Below are positions 23,768 through 37,700 of a stretch of 64,000 bases of DNA, one piece after another (positions within the stretch are counted from its first letter, which is position 1; each line of letters begins with the position of its first letter). Origin of the DNA: Mobula hypostoma (lineage: Eukaryota); assembly GCF_963921235.1 (NCBI RefSeq), contig NC_086108.1:68884001-68948000 (forward strand), read 5' to 3'. Under the pieces are notes generated by a model. It was not told where the DNA came from and did no database searches. It saw only the letters and a list, made by a program, of their open reading frames with translations. Made by a program: the position numbers and the translations under genes.

Positions 23768-26700
23768 ATGGCTAACGACAAAGTAAAATTCTTTTCTTTT
23801 AATGTCAATGGGCTGTTAAATCCAATTAAACGCAGTAAAATTCTATCAAAAATGAAAAAAAAAACAATTCCATGTAGTATATTTACAGGAACCTCACTTA
23901 AGTGATAATGGAGAATGGGCTTCACTAATTTGTTTTTCTCCTCATATAAATCAGGACATAGAAGAGGAGTTGCTATTCTCATCTAAATTTTGAAAAAGTA
24001 TTCAAAATGGGAGATAAGGAGGGCAGATATATTCTGGTAAGGGGGAATATAGATGGAAATCCAGTTACTTTATTGAATATATACGCACCCCCAGGAAGTG
24101 ATATTAGTTTCTTCCAGAAAATTACTAATATTATGGTAACGGAAACAGAAGTTCTCTTGATATGTGGGGAAGACTTAAATTTACAATTACAACCAAAGTT
24201 AGACTCTTCCAATAGAAAAACTTATTAAACAAAGTCCTGACTTACATAAGAAAGTTAACACTCTTCTTGAGGATGTTGGTCTAATTGATATATGGAGGGA
24301 CCTTTTCTCCGACATTCATTATTCATTATTCTGCCCCCCATTCTGTATATACAAGAATAGACTATTTCATAACATTTGGAAAAGATAAAGACAAAATAAT
24401 CACCTGTGGAATTGGGACAATAGATGTAAGTGACCACGCACCTATATATTTATCTGTTGATTTTGACCAACATCCAAAGAATACTATTTGAAAACTAAAT
24501 TCAAATCTACTCAATGACCCCTATTTTAAGGAACAAATTAAAAAAAGAAATTAGTCTTTACTTAGAATTCTATGATAATGGAGAGGTTTCACCTCCCATT
24601 CTATGGGATACTCTGAAGGCTGTCTTAAGAGGGAAAATTATAGTGATATATTCATATAAGAAAAAAAGGAATAAAACATTAGAGGTATTATAAAATATGC
24701 TGAAGGAACTAGAAAAAAAACACAAATTGAGTTTGGCACAGGATACACTAGAGGAAATTTTAAAAATTAGGAATGAAATTAATAGTTTGGCTACACAAGA
24801 CATTAGAAAAAAATTAATCTTTCTGAAACAGAGACACTATGGAAGTGGATATAAATCTATGAAAATACTGGCGTGGAAACTGAAAAAAAAATAGCAGAAA
24901 ATACAATTTATAGAATTAGGGATCCAAGACCAAAAGTGATAAAAAAAAATAAGCTAAGTGAAATTCAAGAAGCTTTTGAAATGTTTTACAAAACCCTATA
25001 TTCCAAAGTTCCGGGGGAAGCATAACCGGAACCGACACCTTCCTGAATTCTTTAGAGTTACCCACTTTAAGCAAAGAACAAAATAGAACGATGACTGCTG
25101 ACATTTAACTGAAGCTGAACTAAAAACTGCAATTAGCAAGTCACCAGGATCAGATGGGTATACGGCAGAGTGGAATAAGGACTTTAGAAATGAGTTAGTT
25201 CCTGTTTTACTCCCCACACTGAACTGAGCTCTAAGAAAGGCGCAAACGCCACCCAGCAGGAAGGAGGCGATAATCTCAGTTATACCGAAAGAAGGCAAGG
25301 ATAAAATAGAATGTGGATCATTTAGACCAATATCTGTTCTTAATGTGGATTACTAATCTCCATCATGGCCAAACGATTAGACGAGTTTCTACCCACACTG
25401 ATACATAATGATCAGACAGGTTTTATACAACAACGCCAAACACAAGACAAGGGACAAAGGACACTTCACATTATGGATCATATTAAAAAAAAATGAAATT
25501 GAAGCAATAGTGATAAGCGTGGATGTTGAAAAGGCATTTGATTCGGTTAATTGGAATTTTTTTTTAAACAGAGTTTTACATAGATTTGGTCTACATGACA
25601 CAATTATTAAATCTATACAGGCACTATATGACAATCCTACTGCTAGGATTAAAATCAATGGATATTTATCTAATAGTTTTACGTAGAAAGGGGCACAAGA
25701 CAGGGTTATGCACTGTCACCACTACTCTTCGCATTATATCTGGAACCACTAGCTCAATACATCAGACAAAATGAAGATATCAGGGGAATTACTGTTAAAA
25801 GGACAGGGCATAAATTGGCCTGTTACGTGGATGACATTTTGATCTACCTAGGGCAACCAACATACTCTTTACCTAAATTGATGCAATCCTTTGAACAATA
25901 TGGCCAATTATCAGGATACAAGATCAACATAGATAAAACCCAACTACTTTCATATAACTATAGCCCACCAAGAGAAATTGAAAGTAGATATCTTTGGGCA
26001 TGGCAAACAGAGTCCGTCAAATATTTGAGCATCATTATGTCAAAAGATTTGGCAAATTTATCAGAATGTAATTATCAGCCTATACATAAAAAAAATTAAG
26101 GAAGATATAACAGGATGGAACCTAATTCCTTTTCTTGGTCTCAGTTCAAGGATTGAATCTATTAAAATGAATATACTGCCCAGACTACTATATCTCTTTC
26201 AGACCCTACCAATAGAGATTAACCAAAATCAATTCAATGAATGGAACAAGATGCTATCAAGATATATATGGCAAGGTAAAAGGCCTAGAGTTCATCTCAA
26301 AACTTTGCAACTAGCCAAGGAAAGTGGGAGGGCGGGGGGAATGGAGCCTACCTTCTCTTAGAGATTATTATTTTGCAGCACAGTTGAGAGCTGTGATATG
26401 CCAGTGCAACCCATCATATGATGCTCAATGGAAAAACATTGAGGAGGGGATACTTTCCATCCCCATACAGGCAATTTTGGCTAATAACAACCTACAAAGT
26501 TACATAAGTACTATTGATAACCATGGGTGAAATGGATTCTTAAAATTATGGAAAACTATTATAAAAGAATATAAACTAGAGAGAGACATTGCAATTCTTA
26601 AATGGTGTGCATATGATTCGGATTTTACGTTGAATAAACTGGATGCTAGATTTAAGGATTGGACAGCTAAAGGAGTAACAGCTATTTGCAATATAATGAA

Positions 26701-27564
26701 AGAAGGAACACTGTTCAGTTTTGAAATGCTCAAAGAGAAACACTTATTAGAAAAACAAGACTGTTATCGGTATTTACAGATGTGACAGTGTGTTAACAGG
26801 ACGGTTAAAAATGTAACCAAGGCAAGTACATGTCTAATAGAGCTATTTAGAAAAGCATATAATTCAGACAACGGTAGAAGAATCATTTTAAGCGTGTATA
26901 AGGGTTTGTCAAATCTTAAAAACACATTCCACTTCATACATTAAAACAAAATGGGACGAGGAAGGAATAATAATACGAGGAAGAATCGACAATAATATGG
27001 AGGTATCAATGGAAATGTACCAGTTCACAGAAATGGAAGGAGTTGGGGCGGAAAACCTTGATAAGATATTTTATTACACCCTCTCAGAAATCCCATTATG
27101 ATAGTAACCCCCTTGTTTGCTGGAGAAATTGTGGAAATCAAAATGCAAACCATTATCATATTTTCTGGGAATGCCCCATTATCAAAGACTATTGGAGTGG
27201 GATACATAATGCCCTACAAGACATCTTTAAATGTGAAATACCCTTAGGGAGTAAGACCATATATTTTGGGTATATACCTCAAGAATGGTTGAAAAGAGAT
27301 AAATATTTAATGAATATATTGCTGGTGGCTGGTAAAAAGACCCTTACCAGGAAATGGTTATCACAGGAGAGCCCAACTTTAAATGTATGGATGGAAATTA
27401 CAATGGACATTTACAAAATGGAGAAGATAACAGCATCTGTTAATCTTAAATTGGAACAATTTGATTCATACTGGGAAAAATGGTTTAAGTACATAGGCCT
27501 GATTTTATTCACACAAGTCAATCAATATGTTGTTAAAAAAAAATCACTCCCTACTTGTACATAG
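23768..27564 (+). pseudogene. L1 ORF2 (endonuclease, RT, C-terminal Cys domain), multiply disrupted
   Basis: [59 protein letters not shown] and CWRNCGNQNANHYHIFWECP. Confidence 0.92.
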
Positions 27565-28431
27565 TTTTCTTATTTTAATCGTTCTTTCTTTTCTCTCCTT
27601 TCTGTAAGTGTATACCTCAGATAAATATTATGTGGAGATTTGTGACAAATATGATTATATGATATATATGTACAGTATCTGAAATACATCTTATTGAAAT
27701 GTTTGATGATAAACCAATAAAAAATAAACTACAAAAAAAAGATGATTTCTCTTTATTGTTAACTTCTTTCAGAATTCAGTACAAACTAAAACAAAGTAGA
27801 GCTTCTGAATTTCATTCGGGTTGGTGATAGGAACAGTTGAGAGCAGCACTGCTTGTATGGGAGGTTATAATACTATTAACCGAAGTCAGTTTGCATGTAA
27901 CTTGCACATCAAGGAAAGTAATATTAAGAATTGTTCATGTGGAGCTGCTTAGATTGACACACAATAAAGGCCACAAGTCAGTATTTTACTTACAAGTCTT
28001 AAAGAATAAAATTGATAGTATTCAAGGATACCCATGACATCTAGTCTGCTGATTATGTTTTTTTTTCTCCTGGGTCTTAATAGTGATCATTTGGAACAAA
28101 GTAGAAATACAGCACCCCATTTGCACTGCATCTTTGAATTGGCAGGTCGGACACATTGAAAATCAAGCAAAAAAAGGTCTCATAATGAAAACCAGTGATT
28201 AATAGAAAATAATTTCTATTAATCATTAATGCTCTATTACATGGAGTTCCATTTTTCAGATTTCTTAATTACTCGTTTTCTTGCTAGCCAGAATCCAACC
28301 TTTTACATGCCACTCACAACGTACTTCAACCAAATGCTTCAATATCAACTTTGTAATAGATCTTGCAAACAATAGTATAACACATAGTGGGGAAAAAAAA
28401 TCAGTCAAATATACTTATATAAAGGGTCATA

Positions 28432-28913
28432 CAGTACTGTGCACAAGCCTTAGGCACATATCTATAGCTAGGGTACCCAAGACATTTTCACAGTACTCTA
28501 TTTGTCAAAGTGGAACGGAGAGCAAGTCTGTAAATCTGGGGCAACAAAGGATGTTGGGAATGGCAAGAGTGAAGCACTGCAGGAAGATATGGAACAACGG
28601 CAGCAGGTGACACACCCAAGGTCATTTGATTCAAAACAATTGGTTTATTGATCATTACAAAATGTCTCCTTGGTGCTTCCTGCTCCCTTCACCTTTTCCC
28701 AACCATGATTCCCCTCTCCCTGTCCCCTTCCCACTCTCAGTCCACAATGGAGACCTATATCAGAATCAGGTTTATCATCACTCACATGTGTCATAACTTT
28801 TGGGGTTTTTGTGGCAGCAGTGCAGTGCAATACATAAAATTATTACAGCACTGTGGAAAAAGTCTTAGGCACCCTAACTGTATATATGTGGCTAAGACTT
28901 TTGCACAGTACTG
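28432..28913. mobile_element. Tc1-type MITE with ~66-bp self-palindromic terminal inverted repeats
   Basis: TA|CAGTACTGTGCAC...TTGCACAGTACTG|TA. Left arm ~28432-28498 matches the reverse complement of ~28846-28913. Confidence 0.82.
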
Positions 28914-29339
28914 TAGTAATATTATGTTTTGCACTATACTGCTATCACAGTATAACATACAATTTATATTAAGCTCTAAACGAGAACTGGAAAAATAGAT
29001 TGAGTTAATAGAATTCCTATCTCCAAAATATTATTTGCTTGACAAACTTGTCATTGAACTCCCACACCAGTGGTGGCACTACAGCACTTCTATCAGGTCC
29101 TCAGCCTATACTGTAGTAGTACACCCATGCCAACCAACTGCTTAATTTGCCTTAAACTCTTAAGTAATGTCAAAGCACAATAAAGAAAAATACAAACTAT
29201 TCTACTTTTTATATAACTTATTCTCCACTGCATTCACGGCTCAATTTTAGATGTTATTTTAGGGTTCATGGGAATGGTTTGGGGGATATTGAGGGGAGTT
29301 AGAGGTCAGGTTAGAGACAGGCATAGGGGGGAATTAGAG

Positions 29340-30068
29340 GACAGGCCAGAGCATTAAGTCTTTGGTTTCCATTCATATTTGCAGGACAGTGGCACGGACT
29401 TTGTACATCTGCAGACCGAGCCAGGATGTCTGGCTAATGGACCAGCATGGACAAAGGCTGGTGGATCCCTCAAGGTCAGAGAGTTGTCAGTGGCTTCTGG
29501 AATGGGAGTTCCGTTCAGTCCAACTTCTTGAGTTGGAATTCCTCCTCATTCTTTCATGCAGGAGGAATGAGGCCCGATGGCCCCCCTTGGTCTGAGAATC
29601 AGAGAGACTGGAGTTCCATATCTAGAGCATAGGATCTCATCATCAGATCAAGCCTGAGGTTTGAACTGGAAGTCCAGAAGTTGAAGCCCATTGGCCAGAG
29701 CCCCAAATCTGCAACTCTCTGCAAGTCTGCTTGGGTAATCGAAAGCCCATTGTCTATGAGTCCAATTCTGAATACAGGTCCGCTGAAGGCCAAAGAATAT
29801 GGACTGCCTTGAGGTTAGAGAACTGTGTACAGTACATGTACGAATGGGAGGGAGGAACAGAGGCTTGTTTTGCTGCTTCTTGTATTCCGTTTTGTTGTGT
29901 TCTGTGTTGTTCTGCCAAGCATTGTGGGCAAGCTATTTTGGCACCAGAGTGGGTGGTGAATCTTGCGGGCTTCACCAAGCACAGCATTGGATGTGTTAGT
30001 TGTTAATGCAAAATAATATATTTCACTGTATGTTTTGATGTACAGGTGATAAATAAACTGGAATCTGC
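29340..30068 (+). repeat. Unclassified interspersed repeat ending in a LINE-like tail
   Basis: Short internal repeats. Ends TATGTTTTGATGTACAGGTGATAAATAAACTGGAATCTG, like the other Rex/L2-type tails here. Boundaries approximate. Confidence 0.35.
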
Positions 30069-30859
30069 CTCTGTATTCTGACATCGCAGCAAGACTGGAT
30101 TGAGACAATGCCATGGGATCAATACCTAGTAGCCTTTGAAAAGCATAACTAAAGATATTGTAAATCTAAAAGGAAGACAAAAAAAGTGAAAATACTCTGC
30201 AGGACAGGCAGAATCTATGCCAAGAAAACATCTTAGATGAATGACCTTCCACCAGAATTCAAAGAGATTCACATTTTCAGCTTCTGCAGTCCTTTTGCTT
30301 TACAATTTTTATATATGCAGCACTGACAAAATAAAGACACTTCAATGGGGTTTACAATATTAAAAATAAACACAATTGTTATAATTCCCTTTCATCCTTA
30401 CTGACAATGCTTTAAGTTTGCTTATCTACTTCTAGAATGTAGTTTACTGGATAGTTAACTGTCAAGCTTACCACCTCTCCCGCCCCTTCTGGCACCAAAC
30501 AGAAGAGAGCTGGACCATTTTCTTTTCCCCTCTTATTTAATTAAGTGAGTGGCTTGTTTCCTACCCTTCTCTCCCCAATCTCTGAGCTATCTGACATAAT
30601 ATGTCAGTTACTTTCAAAACTCATCCTCTTCTGCTTATGTTTTATATTCTCCTCCTCCTCCTCTTATAAACGTATTCATCTTTAGAGACCACTCTCCCCA
30701 CTCTCTAATTCTGTTCCACTAGTTAACTGGTTTCATACTCCTGACTGTTCTGCCTAATCATCACTTGCAATATATGCATTATGAACATCAACCAACAGGC
30801 AACTTCACAACGAGTAAAACCAACAGAGTTCCAGTGATAGTAGTAGAAAACAGTAACAG

Positions 30860-31740
30860 AGGTAGTTGCTTTTCTGGACAGGATAGAAATAATATTGTTC
30901 TGATACTGGAGCCCCTGTTTGTTCTGGTTCTTGTTGATGGATATTCATAAGCTGTACATGGGTACAAAGGGTATCACTTCAAAGTTTGAAAATGGCACAA
31001 AACACTGAAATATTGCATGCAGTAAGCAGAACAACAGAAGACTTCAGGAGTACAGACTGGTGAAAATAGACAAACTTTCTAAGTAAAACTTGGTGTAAAG
31101 AGCATGAAGTGATGTATTTCAGAGGCAAAGTGAGGAGAGGTTATGTGAAATAAGTTTTAAGAATGATGGTGATGCAAGTTCACATGCAAGACCTGATAAA
31201 GTTCTGAATGAGCATACAGGATTCTGGAGTTTATAACCAGTGACATAAGATAGAAAAGATGGTAAACCATTATAACTCATCTGTTAGAACTATCTGGACC
31301 AGTTCTAAGCAGAATTTGTTAGAAAGCATATCAATGCCTCTGGGAAAGTGCAGATGAGACACCATCTGCGTGGGGAGATTAAATACAACTCCTTCAGTTG
31401 CTCCAAAATGAAAGTATTGGGGATATTGAGATATTTTGATAGACTAGATACAGGTGAATCCATTCCCACTAGAGGGCAGATTAGTAACAAGAGAAAAGTT
31501 CAAGATAATTTGCTGCACAGCCAGAGTCAGAGGTGGAAATGAGAATTTTTTTTCTCTGCAATTAACTACAGTGCATTTGATTTGCATGGCCTAAAAGGTG
31601 GTTGAAGTGGATTCAAAACTAAATTGCAAAGGTTAGTAATTATTCAGAAAAAAATAGTCAACAAAAGAGCAAGCATAGCTCCTTCAAAATAGTTGACGCA
31701 GGCACAAAGGACCAAGTGGGCTTTTCTGTTGCTCACTCCA
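30860..31740 (+). mobile_element. Old CR1 3' remnant
   Basis: Degenerate LEPLF/KFENGTK region and a 3' UTR-like end similar to the younger CR1 copies. Confidence 0.5.
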
Positions 31741-32268
31741 ATAAATAGGAACCAATTATAGCACCAATGAACTGCTCCCAGCCCTTCAAAGCATCTCTAA
31801 TGATAAATATCTCTTGCCTGAAGAAAACCCACCTCAGCAATTCTTTATATACAATTCATTTATTAAAATGCAGATGTTACTGTAGAGCCCAGCATTCATC
31901 ATCTGTTCCTAAATGTCTTCTAGGTAGTAGTGGTCAGCTGCCTCTAAAAGTGTTGCAGTCCTTCTGGCGAAGGAAATTCCAAAATTCCAGGATTTAAACC
32001 TAACAATAAAGTACAGCAGTATAATTCCAACTCAGGAGGTGCAAGACTTGGAGTCGAACCTAATGTGTTCCAAACGGTACACAATATCTGATGGAATCAA
32101 GTGTTGCTGAATCCACACTCCCTACACTGGAACAATACAATAACATATCTACTGCAAATGCGACTTAATTAGATCGTGATAAGCTTTGGAAGACTATATA
32201 CATTCTAACTATACAAATAATACTTTCTAATGTAAGGGGGCATCAACAGATACAGGATTCTTTTAAAG

Positions 32269-32348
32269 CAGGGGTTCCCAACCTTTCTTATGACATGGAC
32301 CCCTACCATTAATGGAGGGGTCCATGGACCTCAGGTTGGGAACCCCTG
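32269..32348. mobile_element. 80-bp hAT (Charlie-like) MITE
   Basis: 16-bp perfect TIR CAGGGGTTCCCAACCT / AGGTTGGGAACCCCTG plus an inner inverted repeat CATGGACCCCT / AGGGGTCCATG. No 8-bp TSD is visible. Confidence 0.78.
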
Positions 32349-34279
32349 TACTTCCAAAAAAAAAATGACTTCATCCCTACTGAAACAGGGAGGTAATTAT
32401 AAATCTACAGTAAGCCTGAAAACATTTATGAAGATCAAACCAACATTGCCCTAAATTTCTGCTTCAGCATATATAAACACTTATACAATATTACAAAGAT
32501 CATCACAACCAATTATGTACAAGTCAAACATGCCAAGTACTTTCCAATTTCTCCCCCTAAATATAGCTTCTTTCAAAATTACTTAAAAGTACTTGAAGCT
32601 GAAAATAAACAATTTGTTAGACAAGAATCTGATGCATACAAGTTAAGCCCACCATGGAATTCTACTGTATTTTAATATTTTGAGTAAATAATTTATGCTG
32701 CAATTTAAATGCGGTCAAAGCAATTAGAATAGTTAAGAATACAGCTAAAGCAATTAAACATTTAGGAATAGTTAAGTATAATTTTATTAAATATTTATAT
32801 TCTACAGTTACAGTAATAAAAAGAAAGCAAACAAAATTTTAAGAACCTACATAAACTGAATTATTAATACTGTCATTTTCAAAGCAGTCACTATTTAATT
32901 TAGAAATGAATTTACGACGACATTTCAATCTGGCAATTATTCACATATGAAAGCTTCCATATTCTGAAAACACCCAAAAGTAATGCATCAAAAACATCTT
33001 TAAAAAGGCATTCCAGAAACTACTATAGCCTTTTTAAAAATTGCCTATTATTGAAGGCCATTTTAATGGCTGGCACTTCATGTTTTGATATGACTTTTTT
33101 CTTCCATTAAAACTAAACATCTTTCTGATTCAATAAACTAACTGGTAATCCCTATGGGGGCTTAACAGAGTAGACATTAAGATGTTTTCACTAGTAAGAG
33201 AGTCTCAAACAAAAGGACATAGTTACAAGCCCAGTTACTTCAAAACAGAAGTGCTTAAAAATGTCTTCGCTCAAAGGTTAGTTTTTGTCTATGTAAATTT
33301 TTGTCAAAATCTATTGTAGTTTTTTTTTCCTATAAATGCCTGCAAGAAAATGAATCTTAAGCTGGCATATGGTAAGATATATGTACTTTGATAATATATT
33401 TACTTTAAATTTAAAAGACAGCCAAGTTACAGTCCATTAACTTCTTCCCAAGAATAATATACAATAGCAGTCAGATCCCATTCAACCATGTTTCACTAGT
33501 TAGATATGCATTACCAATTATCCTGTGCTATCTACCCAGCAAAAAAGTAGCTGATAATTCAAGCTCTCGTAAGCTACTTAGGCTTCATTCTAGTAAAGTG
33601 AGATGGAAATATGACATTTTTATACCATCTTCTGAAAATTCAGGAAGTCTCAAAGATTCTGAAAGCCAATTCAGTCTCATTTTCCTGATAAAGTGTTTGG
33701 AGCACAAGCGTAGTAACCAGCACCCTGTTTACATCAGGGCAATCAGTGCAAGACCTCATGGTAATTGTCCTAGTTAAGGCATCAATTATAAATAACCTGA
33801 GTGGGACACTGCAAAAGTATCTGCAACAACAATACCTTGAAAGCTACAGATGAGTATTAAACTGATCTCTGCCTAATTCATTCTAGCACAGTGGCAAGAA
33901 AAGAGGCAAATAAATTATACATTACACTCTCCCACCAAAACAACAAAAGGATTGAAAACATATTGCCTCCAAGTTTCAATGATATCAAAGGATAAATATC
34001 AGTTTGGATACCATGGATGACTTTTCTGCTCTTCTTCCAAATGGGAAGTGTTTTTTTTTTAAGTGAACTCAAGTTTGAAATGCAACTACCTGACTAAGAG
34101 TTGAATGCGGTATCCACAAGCCACAGTTAATACAATGTTTGTTTGTATGCACATCAATATACGTACTTAGTCACCTCAGCTGTGAGGAACTGCCCAAGGA
34201 AATTAGGACAAGCAACTGGAGGCTAGTGAGTTTAACTTTGGCGGTAGAAAATATTTTTAAAATATTGATGCAGCATATG

Positions 34280-35425
34280 ATTCACGGAGGGAAACAGATC
34301 AATTAAGAGACACAAGCAAGGATTGCTGAAAGAAAAACTTGTTTAACTAACTTGATGTGTTATTTTCGTGATATAGCAGACAGAACTGATGAGGATAATG
34401 TGACATATATGACTTTCAGAAGGCTTTTATCCACCTAGCTAAAAAGGACATTGATGGCATGGATACAACGTAGGGTAAATAACAGACAGCAGGTCATGAT
34501 GAATTGCTGTTTCTTAGAATAGAGCAGGGTGAATAGTGGTGTTGAGAGATGTTCTAGTAATGTTCTAGATACTGGTGTTAAGGACATTGAGTTTTTTTTT
34601 TACTTTCGAGACTAAAAACCTAAACTTGGTGATGCAAACCACGATTTCTATTTAGCAATGACAAAGCTCAACAGCGTTGTAAACTGCAAAGAGGAGTGTG
34701 ATTGCAGCAGAATATAATCAGACTGATGTAATTGGTACATGCAAAGAAATCTGAACTGAAGCAGAATGAGAAATAATGTAGAATAAAAAAATTAATAGGG
34801 AGCATGGTATCTGGTGTGTTGGCCATCACTGGTCTGAATTCAAGAGTTGTGAGAATTCAAGAGTTGTGAGGTAATGTTGCAGCTCTATAAAACCAGTTAG
34901 ACCACACCTGGAGTATTGTGATCAGTTCTGATCACTTCATTATTGGAAGGAGGAGGAAGCTCAAGAGAGGATACAGAGGAAATTTACTAGGATGCTGCCA
35001 GGATTAAAGAACGTGTCTTATGAGGAAATGTCAAATGAGCTAGGGTTTTGCTCTTGGGAACTGAGGAGGATGAGAAGCAACTTGATAGAGGTGTAAAATA
35101 TTCAGAGAGGCATCACTAGAGCAGACAGCCAGTGCTGTTTTCCCATGGCATCTGTTTAAAGGCAGGAAGTTTAGGGGAGATACCAGGTAGGTGTTGGTTT
35201 TTTTTTAAACACATAGCAGTAGATTTCTGGAATGCACTACCAGGGCTAGTGGTAGAGGATGATACTCTGAGATAGGCCCATAGATGCAAGAAAAATGAAG
35301 GGTTCTGGTCTATGTAGGAGGGAAGGGATAAATTGATCATGTAGTAGGTTTATACAGGCAGGTACAAAATCATAAGCCAAAGGGCCTATATTTATACTCT
35401 ACTGTACTGGTCTATGTTCTATGTG
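34280..35425 (+). mobile_element. CR1 remnants: older RT part plus a younger 3' fragment at ~34810-35425
   Basis: KTCLTNL and DFQKAF, then RPHLEYCDQF...RIQRKFTRMLPGL, ending in a TCTATGTTCTATG tail. Confidence 0.75.
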
Positions 35426-35469
35426 CAAGAGCAGAGGAACGTTTAGTACGTGCACAAATCATTGAAGAT

Positions 35470-36268
35470 TGCACCGCACTCAAGCAGTGGCTTCTCTAGG
35501 GCCAACTAAAGTTGTTTTTGTCTTTTTTTTAAAACAGCTTTTTTACGATCGCAAGACAATGCTTGACATTAGTAACTTCAGGTACTGCAGGTCAACCCCA
35601 TTAGCGTGTTGTTCGTTGACAGATGAGCTGCAGGAGATCAATGGTACAGACCTTGTTGCTGCCTGCTACATAAGGGCATCAGAGTTGGTGCAGGAAGATG
35701 GTGTGCCATCTAATAGTGAGTGATTGTCCTCGACGACTTTCTTGCAATCGCAAGAACATGTTGGATATTGGTAATGTAAAATACTGCAGTCCAGTTCACT
35801 GGTTTATTGGTGAGACCAACGGCAGTGGAGCCTTAGCTATAGCAAGGACAAAGCCTCACGCTGCGTGCATGCCTTTGCAGCAGTCCAGGAGGGGACATAC
35901 CTGAGGCAGTGTGGCACAGCGTCCATGCTAGACTGAGGGCTAGCCCCTGCCATCAATACTGCCCTCCGGTGTTCGCTGGGCAAAAAAACAACCAAGATGC
36001 ATGCATGCATTTATTCATTCATCCATCTGTGGACTGCCAGAACTGTCAGTTCTTGCCAACAACACCCATGCACCATCAATTTACAGGACTTGGGATATAT
36101 ATATTTTTTGTGTGACTATGTTTACAGCTATCTATGTGCCTTAGGCTGTGTATGACTGTTTGTATTATTATTTGCACCTTGGCCCCAGAGGAACACTCTT
36201 TCATTTGGCTATATTCATGGGCATTCATATATGGTTGAATGATAATTAAACTTCGAACTTGAACTTTA
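35470..36268 (+). mobile_element. Non-autonomous Rex/Babar-related element with duplicated 5' head
   Basis: Internal direct repeat (~35540-35595 and ~35738-35792) reading YDRKTMLDI / CNRKNMLDI. Tail GATAATTAAACTTCGAACTTGAACTT resembles the Rex tail at 57905-57932. Confidence 0.5.
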
Positions 36269-36659
36269 AGGTGGCAGGACAGGATGAAACTACTGTGCTC
36301 TGCCACCACCTAGATCTCACCAGAATGAAGCACCAGCAGCATTATACTGTTTACTTTTCAAGATGTGATGCAAATGCCTTATTATTAATTTAATTTGATA
36401 ATATTACTTTGTGTTGTTGGTGAGTTATACACACTGTGTTGTAAACTTTGGTCTGGAGGAATATTGTTTCAACTGGCAGTATGCATACAGTTGAAATGAC
36501 AATAAACTTGAACTTGAAAATGGCAAATAAACTTTGTTAAAAGAAGCACTGTATAAAGTACGTGTCAGCATCAACAGCAAGCAAAAAGGGGAAAGTTACA
36601 AAGACCTCAGAAAGTAGCAATTTCTAGATGTTTCCAAGTGCAACCCATCAGGAAGAACA

Positions 36660-37700
36660 AACTTTTCCACACAAAGCATGAGGGAGACATTCAGTTTTTT
36701 TGAAACCAACAGACAGAGGATAGAAACAGAATGCAAAATTTCACAAATATGCTAGCAGAATGACCCGATCTGGCAAATGAAACTTAATTTAGACAAATGT
36801 GAAGTAACACATTTTAGATGAACAGAAATTATGTAAACCAAACGGCGCATTTCTAAGCAACATACATCAAAGTTGCTGGTGAACGCAGCAGGATTGGCGC
36901 ATTTCTAAACTGCTTGCAGGAACAGGGGGAGCCCATGTGTATAACAGAGAGAAAGTTTGAATTGGCATGATATGGCTAGAGTTGTTAGCAAAATATAGGG
37001 GACCTTGGAATTCACGAGGGCAGATCACTTATCCTGAGAAGTCAGGTTCAATCTTTGTAAAATGCTGGTTATGCCACAACTGGTGTATAATATCCAATTC
37101 AGAAAGGATGGAAGATTAAAGAAGCACAACGCGGGAGATCATTTGATTTCATCCCAGATGTCCATAACCCTCTCAAATAGGCTCAGTTTAACATGCAAAT
37201 ACAAAAATCCAGTTATAGAGAGGCTCTGGTGAAATCAGAGCTAGAATATTGAAAACAGGCTTAATTTCTCAACCCAAGCAAGAATACGTATGAGATAAAG
37301 TGAAAACAGCAAGTTCACCAGATTGATTCTTGCAATTTCAAGTTTGTGATATTAAGACAGTAAAATGATAAGTCCCATAATTTGGGGATTGAAATGAGAG
37401 GCAATTTCATGGAAACACAAAATTCTTACAGGTCTTGGCAAGGATGGATGTAGAGCTGAAAATTCCCCTGGCTAGGATGTGCAGAACCAGTGCACACAGT
37501 ATTAAAATAAGGAACTGGCCTTTCAGGACAGAGGGACGAAAATCTTTGTAATTCTGTTCCAAAACAGCTGTGGAAGCTCAGTCACTAAATATATTCAAGG
37601 CAAAGATCACTAGTTTTTCAGATATTAAGGGAAACAAGGCATGAAATTAAGTGCAGCAGCCTCAAGAGGCTGAATAACTTTGTACTGCTTATATTCTCTT
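36660..37700 (+). mobile_element. Old CR1 3' remnant(s)
   Basis: WQMKLNLDKCEVTHF motif, ELEY and a CR1-like 3' UTR. Confidence 0.6.
36857..36895 (-). mobile_element. 39-bp Penelope-like terminal stub
   Basis: 13-bp TSD GGCGCATTTCTAA (36844-36856 and 36896-36908). The insert matches the start of the 47341 insertion (CAACA..AAAGTTGCTGGTGAACGCAGCAGG). Confidence 0.8.

Larger units (their letters stand above)
22191..27740 (+). mobile_element. Full-length L1-clade LINE, inactivated
   Basis: Short 5' UTR, ORF1, ~560-bp spacer, ORF2, then AATAAA and an A-rich tail (27716-27740). Degenerate TSD AAGATGATTGTCTTT (22176-22190) vs AAGATGATTTCTCTTT (27739-27754). Confidence 0.93.
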
